From the IMG/VR virus record IMGVR_UViG_3300037743_000227: DNA of 20,000 bases; one strand, written 5' to 3'. The translations under genes were made by a program, and so were the position numbers. This DNA is from an uncultured virus (IMG/VR IMGVR_UViG_3300037743_000227) (Duplodnaviria; Heunggongvirae; Uroviricota; Caudoviricetes). The notes under the pieces were generated by a model. The model ran no database searches and had not been told where the DNA came from. It saw only the letters and a list, made by a program, of their open reading frames with translations. Of the stretch, positions 1 to 10,185 are shown one piece after another. Every line of letters starts with the position of its first letter. The first letter of the stretch is position 1.

Positions 1-1
1 C

Positions 2-268
2 TCCACCCGCGACCGGTACGCCCTCGTACAGGGCGACGTCGACATCAACGACGTCCTCTTCCGGATGCTGGAGCCCCACGAGATCGGCCGCGCAATGTCC
101 TTCGCCGACCAGTACATCGTCCTCGGCTCCAAGCGCGAACGCGTCCGCCAATACGGCAACGCCGTCACCCCCAACTGCGCCGAAGTCATCGTCTGCGCCC
201 TCGTCGAAGCCATCACCGGCGAGGACATCGAGCGGCACACCGAACCCGCCTTCGAGGCCGCCGCGTGA
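2..268 (+). CDS. DNA (cytosine-5) methyltransferase, C-terminal part (starts before window)
   Basis: Frame open from base 2; FRMLEPHEIGRAMSF and RVRQYGNAVTP match C5-MTase motifs IX and X. Confidence 0.88.
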   Translation, partial: STRDRYALVQGDVDINDVLFRMLEPHEIGRAMSFADQYIVLGSKRERVRQYGNAVTPNCAEVIVCALVEAITGEDIERHTEPAFEAAA

Positions 269-371
269 CCGCCTCCCGCCAGCCGCGCGCCGGACAACCA
301 AACGGACCAATTCCCTGACCAAAAGGTAATGCGGCCGGGGTCTGGCCAGTTCCACCGGACGCCAACACGAC

Positions 372-396
372 AAAGGCCCCGCCACACGGCGGGGCC
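372..396 (-). terminator. Intrinsic terminator hairpin
   Basis: GGCCCCGCC-acac-GGCGGGGCC (375-396), followed by TTT on the minus strand, between convergent genes. Confidence 0.7.
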
Positions 397-423
397 CGGA
401 GGAAAGGAGGAGACGTGACGCAG

Positions 424-633
424 CTAGGACTTCGGCTCGACCAGGACGCGCTCTTCGCCGAGGGCTTCAAGGGCGCGCTCGTAGAAGTCCATGCCCACGA
501 TGACGGCGACGCGCTTCCCGCGGCTGGTCATGACGGTCGTCTCGTCGAAGTAGCGGGCGCGCTCGATCGCGTCGGCGAGCGAGTTACGCACGTCCGCGAT
601 CTTCTCCTGGTGCTCCTTCTTCGGCGCGGTCAT
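424..633 (-). CDS. Phd/YefM family antitoxin-like protein, 69 aa, orphan
   Basis: IADVRNSLADAIERARYFDETTVMTSRGKRVAVIVGMDFYE fits the Phd/YefM DNA-binding pattern; ATG at 633. Confidence 0.8.
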   Translation of the reverse strand: MTAPKKEHQEKIADVRNSLADAIERARYFDETTVMTSRGKRVAVIVGMDFYERALEALGEERVLVEPKS

Positions 634-655
634 GTCCGGAGTGTACCTCACGATC

Positions 656-695
656 ATGATGTACATGAGCGCGTTGAGCGCTATGATGTACATGA
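656..695. promoter_or_regulatory. Tandem operator: ATGATGTACATGA x2 with TGTACA core
   Basis: Exact 13-bp copies at 656-668 and 683-695, each containing palindrome ATGTACAT, just upstream of the antitoxin start. Confidence 0.7.
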
Positions 696-792
696 ACCTG
701 AACGGGGTTGGCACTCGGTGCAAGACGGCCGGGAGGGCTTGGTTCCGTGCGCCCCGATTCGACAGCGGACGCATGACGACCAGGGAGGGCCC

Positions 793-1347
793 TTGCTAGG
801 AGATCTGAACGACCCGTGGTGGCTCGACAAGATCAAGTTCGGTTCTGGTGTCGCAAAGGCCATAGCGCGACGAATCCAAGCCAGCGCCGGCGGCAGCCAG
901 GCGTGGCCCCTCGACTACGAAGAGATGGCCGACGAGTTCGAGTTCAGCATTCAGGAACTCCAAGACGCAGTCGCACTCATGACCGCCAGCGGGCACGCGC
1001 GCGTCGAACACAACTACCCAGGCCTCAACGGCACGTGGCTCTTGCTGCACACGCCTGAGCGGCTAATGACGGAAGCCGCCGCCGCGGAAGCCGAGCGAAA
1101 GAAGGCGGCTGCACGCGCGGCCAAGATCGCCCTGCGCGGTGGCCAGGTCCACCGCACGCCAATCCCGGAGGAGATCAAAACCTTCGTTTTCGAGCGCGAC
1201 GGCCACGCCTGCCTCCGATGCGGCGCCACCGAGGACTTGACCCTCGACCACGTCCATCCGTGGTCCATCGGCGGCGCCGACACCCCGGACAACCTGCAGG
1301 TCCTCTGTCGCCCCTGCAACAGCAGTAAGGGCGACCGGGTCGCCTGA
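793..1347 (+). CDS. HNH endonuclease with N-terminal putative wHTH region
   Basis: VFERDGHACLRCG..LTLDHVHPWSIGGADTPDNLQVLCRPCNSSKG; GGAGG before TTG at 793 (start inferred). Confidence 0.85.
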   Translation: MLGDLNDPWWLDKIKFGSGVAKAIARRIQASAGGSQAWPLDYEEMADEFEFSIQELQDAVALMTASGHARVEHNYPGLNGTWLLLHTPERLMTEAAAAEAERKKAAARAAKIALRGGQVHRTPIPEEIKTFVFERDGHACLRCGATEDLTLDHVHPWSIGGADTPDNLQVLCRPCNSSKGDRVA

Positions 1348-1388
1348 CCTGCCGCCACTCCGTGTAGTTCCGATTGAGAAGAGGGCTC

Positions 1389-2186
1389 GTGAGCCTCGAC
1401 GCGCAGGACTGGGTTTGGGAGCACTCCGCTTCCAAGGGCACGGCACGCCTCGTGCTGCTCGCGATCGCCGACAAGGCGTCCGGACCGGAGTGCTCGGCGT
1501 ATGCCGGCACGACCCTGCTCGTGAAGAGGTCGAAGGCTGCCCGCTCCTCCGTCGTGGTCGCCGTCGACAAGCTCGTCGCATCTGGAGAACTGAAGGTCAT
1601 CAAGGGGCGCACGGGACCCCGCGGCGAGACCTGGTATTGCCTTCCGAAGGCCGTCGGCCACCGTCGCGAAGGGGGTCCGAAATCCGGACCGGTCCGGAAT
1701 CCGGACCCCTCCGAAATCGAGACCCCCACCGGTCCGGAATCCGGACCCCAGGGGTCCGAAATCGAGACCCCCACCGGTCCGGAATCCGGACCCCAGAACA
1801 CAAGGAACACAGACACACAACAGAACACCCATAAAGAAGATCGCGACGAGAGCCGACAGGTCGACGACGAACGCGACTACCAGTGGCCCCGCTTCGGCGA
1901 CTTCTGGCTCATGTACCCGCGGAGCAAGCAGATCGAGAAGGCCAAGACCGCCTGGCGCGAGGCCCTCGACCGCGGCGCCGACCCGGACCTGATCGTCAAA
2001 GCCGCCACCGCCTACGCCCATGAACGGCACGGCCAAGACGCCAAGTACACGCCGTACCCCGCCACATGGCTGAACAACGGCAGCTACGAAGACCAGCCCG
2101 ACCCCGACCGACCAGCCGGCCAGGACGATTCCGGCCCTCACCGCAATCCCGAAGACCCTTCCGACTACCACCAGGACTGGAACTGA
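1389..2186 (+). CDS. Phage replication initiator (N-terminal HTH, lambda O-like organisation)
   Basis: N-term WVWEHS..ARLVLLAIAD, C-term FGDFWLMYPR..YPATWLN, internal iterons, upstream of DnaC-like and DnaB genes. Confidence 0.8.
   Translation: MSLDAQDWVWEHSASKGTARLVLLAIADKASGPECSAYAGTTLLVKRSKAARSSVVVAVDKLVASGELKVIKGRTGPRGETWYCLPKAVGHRREGGPKSGPVRNPDPSEIETPTGPESGPQGSEIETPTGPESGPQNTRNTDTQQNTHKEDRDESRQVDDERDYQWPRFGDFWLMYPRSKQIEKAKTAWREALDRGADPDLIVKAATAYAHERHGQDAKYTPYPATWLNNGSYEDQPDPDRPAGQDDSGPHRNPEDPSDYHQDWN
1674..1796. repeat. Iteron array, putative replication origin
   Basis: Six 17-bp units related to palindrome GGTCCGGA-A-TCCGGACC at 1674, 1691, 1708, 1731, 1753, 1776; exact 42-bp repeat at 1710-1751 and 1755-1796. 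Confidence 0.8.
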
Positions 2187-2188
2187 CC

Positions 2189-2902
2189 ATGCAGTGGACC
2201 CCGCCAATCAACCCGAAGCGGTACCACCTCGAGGAGCTGCTCGCCGCACGCGGCGTCGACCCGGTCTGGCTGAACTCCGGCGACACCGACCCGCACTGCC
2301 CCGCCAACGTCGCCCGCTTCTCCCTCGTCGCCGCCAGCAAGGTCATTCCCTTCCACTACCGCGACGCCATCACCGACAGCCCCGAGATCCTCGCCTGGCT
2401 CCAGGAGCTCACCGGCCAGGCCCGCGAAACCCAGGCCGAACGCGGCGCCCCCGTCGCCTCCGTCAACCACGGCCGCTCTCTGCTGCTGCTCGGCCCGACC
2501 GGCACCGGCAAAACCCACCAGGCCTACGGTGCGATCCGCGACCTTGCCCTCGCTGGCGTCGCCGCCTCATGGGTCATCACCACCGCCGCCGACCTGTACG
2601 CCGCCCTGCGCCCGCGCCACGGCATCGACTCCGAAGCCGAGTTCCGCCGCTACCGCGACGCATCCGTGCTCCTCCTCGACGACCTCGGCGCGGAACGGAA
2701 GCCCACCGAGTTCACCGAAGAGATCAACTTCCGGCTCATCAACTGGCGCTACGAGAACCACAAGCCCACGCTGATCACCTCCAACCTGGTGCCGAAGGAG
2801 ATCAGCGCCCGCCTCGGCGACCGTGTCACCAGCCGGCTCATCGAAATGTGCCAGCGCGTCGTGTTCAAGGGCCCCGACCGCCGCCGGGGTGAAGCCGCGT
2901 GA
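2189..2902 (+). CDS. DnaC/IstB-like AAA+ ATPase (helicase loader)
   Basis: Walker A GPTGTGKT, Walker B LLLDDLGAE, TLITSN, GDRVTSRL. Confidence 0.92.
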   Translation: MQWTPPINPKRYHLEELLAARGVDPVWLNSGDTDPHCPANVARFSLVAASKVIPFHYRDAITDSPEILAWLQELTGQARETQAERGAPVASVNHGRSLLLLGPTGTGKTHQAYGAIRDLALAGVAASWVITTAADLYAALRPRHGIDSEAEFRRYRDASVLLLDDLGAERKPTEFTEEINFRLINWRYENHKPTLITSNLVPKEISARLGDRVTSRLIEMCQRVVFKGPDRRRGEAA

Positions 2903-3293
2903 CGCGAGGAGCTGGCCGCAGCCGCGGCTACCGACCCCAGGACAACGAACTCCGCCCCGGCAAGGTCGTCGTCCCGTTCGGCGAGAAGACGACGATCTGC
3001 CCGGCCTGCCGCCAGCACAAGCACCACGCCTGCTGGGCGCACACCGCAGCCCTCGGTATCGGCGGAGAGCCCGGATGCCCCTGCGGCTGCCACGTTCCGC
3101 TCGACGAGCCGCTGATGACCGACGAAGCGATCGACGACATGGCCGCCCACGGGACGCTCGCCGACCACGTCAAGTTCCAGAAGTCGTGGGCGCTCGGCTC
3201 CGGATCCATCCACTTCGCCGACCCCTGCCGCCGCTGCGCCGCCATCGAGGCCGCGCGCACCGGCGCCCAGACCGAACTGCCGCTGGAGAGCAA

Positions 3294-3297
<4 letters not shown>
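2899..3297 (+). CDS. Hypothetical Cys/His-rich protein
   Basis: GTGA overlaps at both ends; CPAC, CPCGCH and CRRC motifs. Confidence 0.7.
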
Positions 3298-4678
<1,381 letters not shown>

Positions 4679-4682
<4 letters not shown>

Positions 4683-4963
4683 ACCAGCCCACCGCCGAGG
4701 ACATCGCCGCCCTGCGTGCCGACGGCGACCTCCACGACTACCTGCTCGCCCTCACCGGCCGCACCCCCGCCCCCAAGCCGGCCCCGCTCGCTGCGGCTCC
4801 GGATCCCGGCTATCGGATCGCGCACACCGGCGGCTGGCCCATCGGCACCGCCGCCACCGGGCCGACCCCGACGCACGGCCGCTGCACCTGCCCGAAGTGC
4901 GCGCAAGCCGACGTCGTCCAACTGCCCCAGCAGCACCAGCACCAGACAGGAGAAGCCGCATGA
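4679..4963 (+). CDS. Hypothetical protein
   Basis: ATGA coupling at both ends; CTCPKC motif. Confidence 0.7.
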
Positions 4964-6414
4964 CCAGCATCGAATGGACCGAGCAAACCTGGAACCCGAC
5001 CACCGGCTGCGACCGCATCAGCCCCGGCTGCGATAACTGCTACGCCCTGACGATGGCCAAGCGGCTGAAGGGCATGGGGCAGGCCAAGTACCAGAACGAC
5101 GGCGACGCCCGCACCTCCGGACCCGGCTTCGGACTCACCGTCCACCCCGACGTCCTCACGGATCCGCTGCGCTGGAAGAAGCCCCGCCGGATCTTTGTGA
5201 ATTCAATGTCCGACCTGTTCCATGCCCGGGTACCGGACGAGTTCATCGCCCGCGTGTGGCAGGTCATGGGAGTCACTCCCCAGCACACTTTCCAGATCCT
5301 CACCAAGCGTGCCAAGCGTATGGAGTCCTGGACGAACCGCTGGTACTCCGGTGAGATCCCCGAGCCCTACGACGTCCGCTCGATCCCCGGATACGAGGGC
5401 TACAGCGTGACGACCCACGGGGAAGTCCTCGGTAAGCGCTCCGACACCCGCGGCGGCTTGAAGCTCGACGCCGGCGAGCAGGGGCACCTCCGCGCGCCGC
5501 TCTACCGAGCCGCAGGGCACTCGCCGAAGCGCGAACTCGTGCACCGCCTCGTTCTCACAGCCTTCGTCCGGCCGCCCCGCCTGGGAGAGCAGGCGTGCCA
5601 CCGGAACGGTGACCCGTCCGATAACCGCCTCTCCAACCTCTACTGGGGCACCCAGGGCGACAACTGGCGCGACCGCCTGACCCACGGGAACGGCCGGTCG
5701 TACCAGAAGCTCTCCGAGCAACAGGTCTCGCAGATAAGGGAGCGCCACGCAGCGGGCCAATCCGCCTACTCCATGGCCAAGGACTACGGAGTCTCGGACA
5801 CCCAGATCCGAAACATCGTGATGAATCGCCAGTGGGCGACCGCGCACCTGGTCAAAGTGCCGACCCCGGCTCCGGCCCGCGTCGTGCTGGACAACTGCTG
5901 GTTGGGCACGAGCGTCGAGAGCCAGAAGTACGCCGACATCCGTATACCCGCCCTGCTGGGGGCCCCGGCCGCCGTCCGTTTCCTGTCGTGCGAACCCCTC
6001 CTCGGCCCGGTCCGCCTCACCCATCAGGACCACACGGACCACGAGCGGGACTGGGACGGCGACTGGATCTGCCTCGGCTGCTCCACGGACGAGGAGCATG
6101 TCCCCTGGCGGACCGTTGACCGCCCCAGTCTCGACATCGACTGGGTCATCATCGGCGGCGAATCCGGTCCCGGCGCCCGGCCGTTCGATCCCGAGTGGGC
6201 GGCCGACCTGATCAGCGACGCCCGCCGAGTCGGCGCGGCCCCGTTCGTGAAGCAGCTCGGATCGGCTTGGGCCCGCGACTACACCGTGGCCGGGAAGAGC
6301 GTGGCCGCCCATGGCGACACCAAGGGCGGCAAACCCGAGCACTGGCCGGCCGACCTCCGAGTCCGCGAGTACCCCGTCACCGCTGGAACCGGGCTCCGAG
6401 GTGAGGCCGCCTGA
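4960..6414 (+). CDS. DUF5131 / phage Gp37/Gp68 family protein with in-frame HNH endonuclease insertion
   Basis: [71 protein letters not shown]; insertion between LTKR and NxWLG motifs. Confidence 0.9.
   Translation: MTSIEWTEQTWNPTTGCDRISPGCDNCYALTMAKRLKGMGQAKYQNDGDARTSGPGFGLTVHPDVLTDPLRWKKPRRIFVNSMSDLFHARVPDEFIARVWQVMGVTPQHTFQILTKRAKRMESWTNRWYSGEIPEPYDVRSIPGYEGYSVTTHGEVLGKRSDTRGGLKLDAGEQGHLRAPLYRAAGHSPKRELVHRLVLTAFVRPPRLGEQACHRNGDPSDNRLSNLYWGTQGDNWRDRLTHGNGRSYQKLSEQQVSQIRERHAAGQSAYSMAKDYGVSDTQIRNIVMNRQWATAHLVKVPTPAPARVVLDNCWLGTSVESQKYADIRIPALLGAPAAVRFLSCEPLLGPVRLTHQDHTDHERDWDGDWICLGCSTDEEHVPWRTVDRPSLDIDWVIIGGESGPGARPFDPEWAADLISDARRVGAAPFVKQLGSAWARDYTVAGKSVAAHGDTKGGKPEHWPADLRVREYPVTAGTGLRGEAA
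5365..5850 (+). mobile_element. NUMOD4-like + HNH + HTH homing-endonuclease-like module within DUF5131 (boundaries approximate)
   Basis: [74 protein letters not shown]. Confidence 0.8.
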
Positions 6415-6632
6415 TGTCGCCCGTTGATCCGCGACCGCGCTGCCAGGAGTGCCATCGCCCGCTGCGGCGCCCGTCCCGGTCGGGTTACGGCCCGGTGTGT
6501 GAGCGGCGCCGCAACGCCCGCCCCACACCCCCGCCAGCCGCGCGCAACCCGCCCGCTGCCGCAGCCCCGGCCATCCCGGGGCAGGTCGCCCTCCCGCTTC
6601 AGCCCTTCCAACCCACCCTGGAGAGCCTCTGA
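6414..6632 (+). CDS. Small zinc-ribbon protein (DUF6011-like)
   Basis: RCQECHRPL..SGYGPVC; TGATG coupling. Confidence 0.7.
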   Translation: MSPVDPRPRCQECHRPLRRPSRSGYGPVCERRRNARPTPPPAARNPPAAAAPAIPGQVALPLQPFQPTLESL

Positions 6633-7069
6633 TGACCACCCGAACCCACACCCCCGACCGCGCCAACGACGACGGCTCCACCACCATCCACGTCAAGCGC
6701 GCCTGCAACGGCTGCGGCCACCTGCTCGGCGACGTCGACAACCGGGACATCACCGACCACGGCGGCCTCACCGACGTCCGCGCCGAATGCGGGCACTGCG
6801 CGCCGCTCGTCGCCTTGGAGGCCGCGGGCTGCCGCACCTGGCAGCTCACCGAGCGCAGCTACCCGCGCGTCGACCACGAGATCGACCGGCTCGGCGTCTT
6901 CGCCAAGCAGTTCACCGAGATGGTCGACGGCAAGGTCACCACCGTCGGCATGCGCATCGGCGTCAAGCCCGGCCACGTCGTTGCCTGCTTCGGTGACTGG
7001 ATCATCCGCCACCCCGACGGCCGCTGGTCAGTCCACCCGGCGCCCGCCGCGAAGGAGGCGCAGCGATGA
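6632..7069 (+). CDS. Hypothetical protein with two CxxC motifs
   Basis: CNGC and CGHC; coupled at both ends; high GC3. Confidence 0.75.
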   Translation: MTTRTHTPDRANDDGSTTIHVKRACNGCGHLLGDVDNRDITDHGGLTDVRAECGHCAPLVALEAAGCRTWQLTERSYPRVDHEIDRLGVFAKQFTEMVDGKVTTVGMRIGVKPGHVVACFGDWIIRHPDGRWSVHPAPAAKEAQR

Positions 7070-7431
7070 GCGCCCCGGTGATCTGCCGTCCGCCGTCGTT
7101 CCCGATCCGCCGGATCCTCAACTGCCCGACCTGCAAGCAGCGCCGCCGCATGGCCGGGATCGACGGAGGGCCCTGGTACGGGCCGACGCTCACCTGCCTC
7201 GGATGCGGCGACTCCTGGTCGTGCGGCGAGATGCACGACCGTCCGTTCGTCCGAGGCTGGCGGCCCAAGAGCATCGCCGCGGCCAAGCGGGCGTGGAGCG
7301 AGGCGGGCCGCTACAGCCGCGGCGACCACAAGCAGTGGCTCGCCGAAGAACTTGCCGCCACGACAGCCGACTACGGCAGTGCGGTCGAGGACAACGAACT
7401 ACCCGCCCCCGCCCGCGCCGCCGCCGTCTGA
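7066..7431 (+). CDS. Hypothetical zinc-ribbon protein
   Basis: AAGGAGG RBS; CPTC and CLGC; ATGA overlap. Confidence 0.75.
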   Translation: MSAPVICRPPSFPIRRILNCPTCKQRRRMAGIDGGPWYGPTLTCLGCGDSWSCGEMHDRPFVRGWRPKSIAAAKRAWSEAGRYSRGDHKQWLAEELAATTADYGSAVEDNELPAPARAAAV

Positions 7432-7468
7432 GCGTCCACCCCCGCACACCCACCGAAGGAGCAGCACC

Positions 7469-7660
7469 GTGACCTACATCGCCCCGGCGTTCATGACCCA
7501 CGCCGCGCCCGAAGCCATCGAGTCCGCCATCCGCGAAGCCGAAGCCACTCGCGACCGGTACGCGAAGAAGGCCAGCGTCCTGCGCGGGTTGCTCGCCACC
7601 CGCCACGACCAGATCGCCGCCGGAACGTGGCCGCCCGCCTACGACGAGACCCCCGCCTGA
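7469..7660 (+). CDS. Hypothetical protein, 63 aa
   Basis: AAGGAG RBS, GTG at 7469, high GC3. Confidence 0.7.
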   Translation: MTYIAPAFMTHAAPEAIESAIREAEATRDRYAKKASVLRGLLATRHDQIAAGTWPPAYDETPA

Positions 7661-7668
7661 GTCCGGTT

Positions 7669-8310
7669 CCGTCCGGCCCGCACACACCCAGCCCCGCTGT
7701 CAGTGCCACCCCCTACCGTCCCAACACACCACAAACCAGGAGGAAATGACCATGGCCAACCCGCTGCCCCACGACCCGTACATCACCGCCGTCTGCGACG
7801 CCCTCACCGCCGCCGAACTGGAACTCACCGACCACTGCTGGACCGACGACGGGGAGACCCGCGGCACGTACTGCTACCTCAACGCCGTCATCACCCTCGA
7901 CCCGAGCGGCACCATCGCGGCCGACGAACAGCCCGACGGCGGGGCCGACTGGCCGCACGGGCTGCTGCTGATCTGGGAGTGGCACACCGGCATCGAAGCC
8001 GACCAGGGCGAGCCCGCGCGCGGCCCGCAGTGGTCGTTCGCTGAGCTGAAGAGCGACGGCTCGAATGAGTACCCGACCGGCCTGCCCGTGTACGGCTACG
8101 CCTCCCCGGCCGCGGTCGTCGAGGCCGCCCGCAAGGTCATCGACCGCAGCATCGGCGCGGGCAGCTTTTACGGCTCCGGTCTGGCCAAGTGGGACGGCGG
8201 GATCATCGGCGACTCGTGGGAGCACGCCGACGAGCTGGACGCGGCGTGTGAGGCGTGGGGTGCGGATGAAAGCGCCGAGTAAGCACACCGTCCGGCCCGC
8301 ACACACCCAG
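7669..8310 (+). repeat. 23-bp direct repeat flanking one gene
   Basis: CCGTCCGGCCCGCACACACCCAG at 7669-7691 and 8288-8310. Confidence 0.85.
7746..8282 (+). CDS. Hypothetical acidic, Trp-rich protein
   Basis: AGGAGG RBS; 178-aa ORF with high GC3. Confidence 0.8.
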   Translation: MTMANPLPHDPYITAVCDALTAAELELTDHCWTDDGETRGTYCYLNAVITLDPSGTIAADEQPDGGADWPHGLLLIWEWHTGIEADQGEPARGPQWSFAELKSDGSNEYPTGLPVYGYASPAAVVEAARKVIDRSIGAGSFYGSGLAKWDGGIIGDSWEHADELDAACEAWGADESAE

Positions 8311-8318
8311 GAGCAGCA

Positions 8319-8624
8319 ATGACCGCCGTCGACCTCCCAGCCCCCGTGATCGTGACCCGCCACCAGTGCCCGTTCTGCCGCCGCCACACCCGCGCCGACG
8401 TCAAGGCCGTCGAGTCCCACATGACGCGCTGCTGGAAGAACCCGGCCCTGCGGAACTGCAAGACGTGCGAGCACCACCTGCCCGCCGTCCAAGGCACCGA
8501 GTCGTGCAACCCGGGCGAGTGGTGCGCCTGCGGCGACTACCCGGAGTCCTGCGACATCTCGGCCGACCCCGAGGGCGCCACGTTCCCGATCAGCCACTGC
8601 CCGCAATGGCAGCCCACCCCGTGA
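8319..8624 (+). CDS. Hypothetical Cys-rich zinc-finger protein
   Basis: AGGAG RBS; CPFC..H, CKTC and further Cys residues. Confidence 0.75.
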   Translation: MTAVDLPAPVIVTRHQCPFCRRHTRADVKAVESHMTRCWKNPALRNCKTCEHHLPAVQGTESCNPGEWCACGDYPESCDISADPEGATFPISHCPQWQPTP

Positions 8625-8635
8625 CCACGCACGAA

Positions 8636-8670
8636 CCGGCAGCCCCGCGTTGCAGCCGCGGGGCTGCCGG
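8636..8670. terminator. Intergenic 14-bp stem-loop (terminator or processing site)
   Basis: CCGGCAGCCCCGCG-N7-CGCGGGGCTGCCGG; no U-tract. Confidence 0.5.
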
Positions 8671-8704
8671 CCCGCCCGATTCTCCCCGATCAAGGAGCCA
8701 CACC

Positions 8705-9457
8705 GTGACCATCGACCCGACACCCGAGACTGCCCGCGCGTTGCTGTACCGGCACGGCCTGCCGGAGGACATCATCGACGGGGCGCTATGCCTGCACGCC
8801 CAGGAGCTGGCCGCCTTGCAGCGGCTCCGCATGGACGAGCTGGATCTGGCGGGTCAGAAGGCCCGCATCGTCGGGCGCATTGTCGACCTGATCGATCCGA
8901 CGAAGACCGCTGCTGCCGTGCCTGCGCCTGCCACAGACCGGGCCGACCTCCGCGCCCGATTGTTCGCACTGATCGCTTCCATCCCCGGTTCCGGGACCTT
9001 CGACTGGTGCAGCCCGGCACGCGCCTTGCTCGACGAGTACGCCGCCGCCGTGCTGCCCGCAAGCCTCGACCGGGCCGCCGTGCGCGCCGCAGCACTCCAC
9101 GAAGCTGCCGATGCCGTGAGGAACGGCGCCTTCGCGGACACGCTGCGTCGCATGGCCGACGAGACGCCACAGGAACACCCGCTCGCCGCGATGCTCGAAG
9201 GGTTCGCCCGACTCCTCGCCACCAGCAGCCGCGACTGGGGCCAGTACGCGCCCGACGCCTGGCTGTACGCCGTCATCTGCGGCTGGGACTGCGAGGAGAC
9301 CACCCACGATGAGACGTGCACGCACGGCGCGATGGAGGAGATTGCCGAGCGGCACGGCTGGGACGACGACGCGGTGGCGAAGGCGCGCCGGTACCGGGCG
9401 ATGGTGCACGCGATCACGGAGCCCGCTGTTGTGGCGCAGCCCGACGAGGAGGCCTGA
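8705..9457 (+). CDS. Hypothetical mosaic phage protein
   Basis: AAGGAG RBS, GTG at 8705. Confidence 0.75.
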   Translation: MTIDPTPETARALLYRHGLPEDIIDGALCLHAQELAALQRLRMDELDLAGQKARIVGRIVDLIDPTKTAAAVPAPATDRADLRARLFALIASIPGSGTFDWCSPARALLDEYAAAVLPASLDRAAVRAAALHEAADAVRNGAFADTLRRMADETPQEHPLAAMLEGFARLLATSSRDWGQYAPDAWLYAVICGWDCEETTHDETCTHGAMEEIAERHGWDDDAVAKARRYRAMVHAITEPAVVAQPDEEA

Positions 9458-9458
9458 C

Positions 9459-9704
9459 ATGGCTGACGACCTCGCCCGCCGCATGGCCGCCCGACAGATC
9501 CAGATGGCCGCCGACGACCTGACCCGGGACGCCGAACGCCTCGCCGTGGCTGCCCGCCAGTACGCCGACGACCTCGCGGCAGGCCGCCACGGCAGCGCCC
9601 ACCGTCTCGCGCAGGACGCCGCCGATCTCGCTCTGACGGAGCGTCGTCTTGCCGGGATGCGGGAGATCGAGGCGCTCATGGGCGAGACCGAGGACCCGTC
9701 GTGA
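9459..9704 (+). CDS. Hypothetical helical protein
   Basis: GGAGG RBS, ATG at 9459. Confidence 0.75.
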   Translation: MADDLARRMAARQIQMAADDLTRDAERLAVAARQYADDLAAGRHGSAHRLAQDAADLALTERRLAGMREIEALMGETEDPS

Positions 9705-9829
9705 TCGTCGACCTGCACGAGGCCATCGACCGCACGCTGTTCCTCGGCATGGCGGCGGGCATCGCGTGGGCGTGGCGTGCCCTCAGGAAGCGGCTCAGGC
9801 GCTTACGCGACTACGACACCGCCGCCTAA
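9701..9829 (+). CDS. Small membrane peptide, 42 aa, with a TTA codon
   Basis: GTGA overlap; MIVDLHEAIDRTLFLGMAAGIAWAWRALRKRLRRLRDYDTAA; TTA in frame at 9803. Confidence 0.55.
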   Translation: MIVDLHEAIDRTLFLGMAAGIAWAWRALRKRLRRLRDYDTAA

Positions 9830-9945
9830 CAGAAGTTACCCGTCAGTTAACTCCCAGAGGCGTTCGACCCCCTCGGCGGCACCGAGCGCCAAGCGCGTCC
9901 TCAGCGCCAGCCACAGCCCGCACAGCGCACCGAGAAGGGGCACAA

Positions 9946-10185
9946 ATGACGACCACCGAAGATGCCAGTCCGGAAAACCACTGGAACCCCACCCGCCGCA
10001 TCCCCGCCCACCGACGCGAAACCGGCGGCCTCACCCCCGAGCAACTCGCCCTCGCCGACGACCTCCACACCCGCGCACTCGCCCTCCGGGCAGCCTCGGA
10101 GGAGGGCCTGTCGATCCGCGAAGCCGTCGCCCTGGCCGCCGTACAGCTCGGCCTCGAACCGCCACGCGACGAGGCGCAGCGGTGA
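9946..10185 (+). CDS. Hypothetical protein
   Basis: ATG at 9946 after GAAGGGG; coupled to next ORF. Confidence 0.7.
   Translation: MTTTEDASPENHWNPTRRIPAHRRETGGLTPEQLALADDLHTRALALRAASEEGLSIREAVALAAVQLGLEPPRDEAQR

Noticed and set aside
290..352. GACCAA repeats and a DasR dre-like site
   Set aside because: Short, does not fit the 16-bp dre palindrome, and no clear downstream gene
415..792. 310-aa version of the HNH ORF starting at 415
   Set aside because: The extension is the antisense shadow of the antitoxin gene and its operator; a better RBS and start lie at 793
1674..1796. CRISPR-like array
   Set aside because: Units are adjacent or separated by repeated, not unique, spacers; in frame within a gene; no cas genes
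5341..5900. Intein in DUF5131 (VVLDN/C resembles an intein C-terminal junction)
   Set aside because: The Asn belongs to the host NxWLG motif, there is no penultimate His, and no sequence is left for HINT blocks
9830..9852. AT-rich imperfect palindrome AGTTACCCGTCAGTTAACT as an operator
   Set aside because: Single copy with weak symmetry; cannot be assigned from sequence alone
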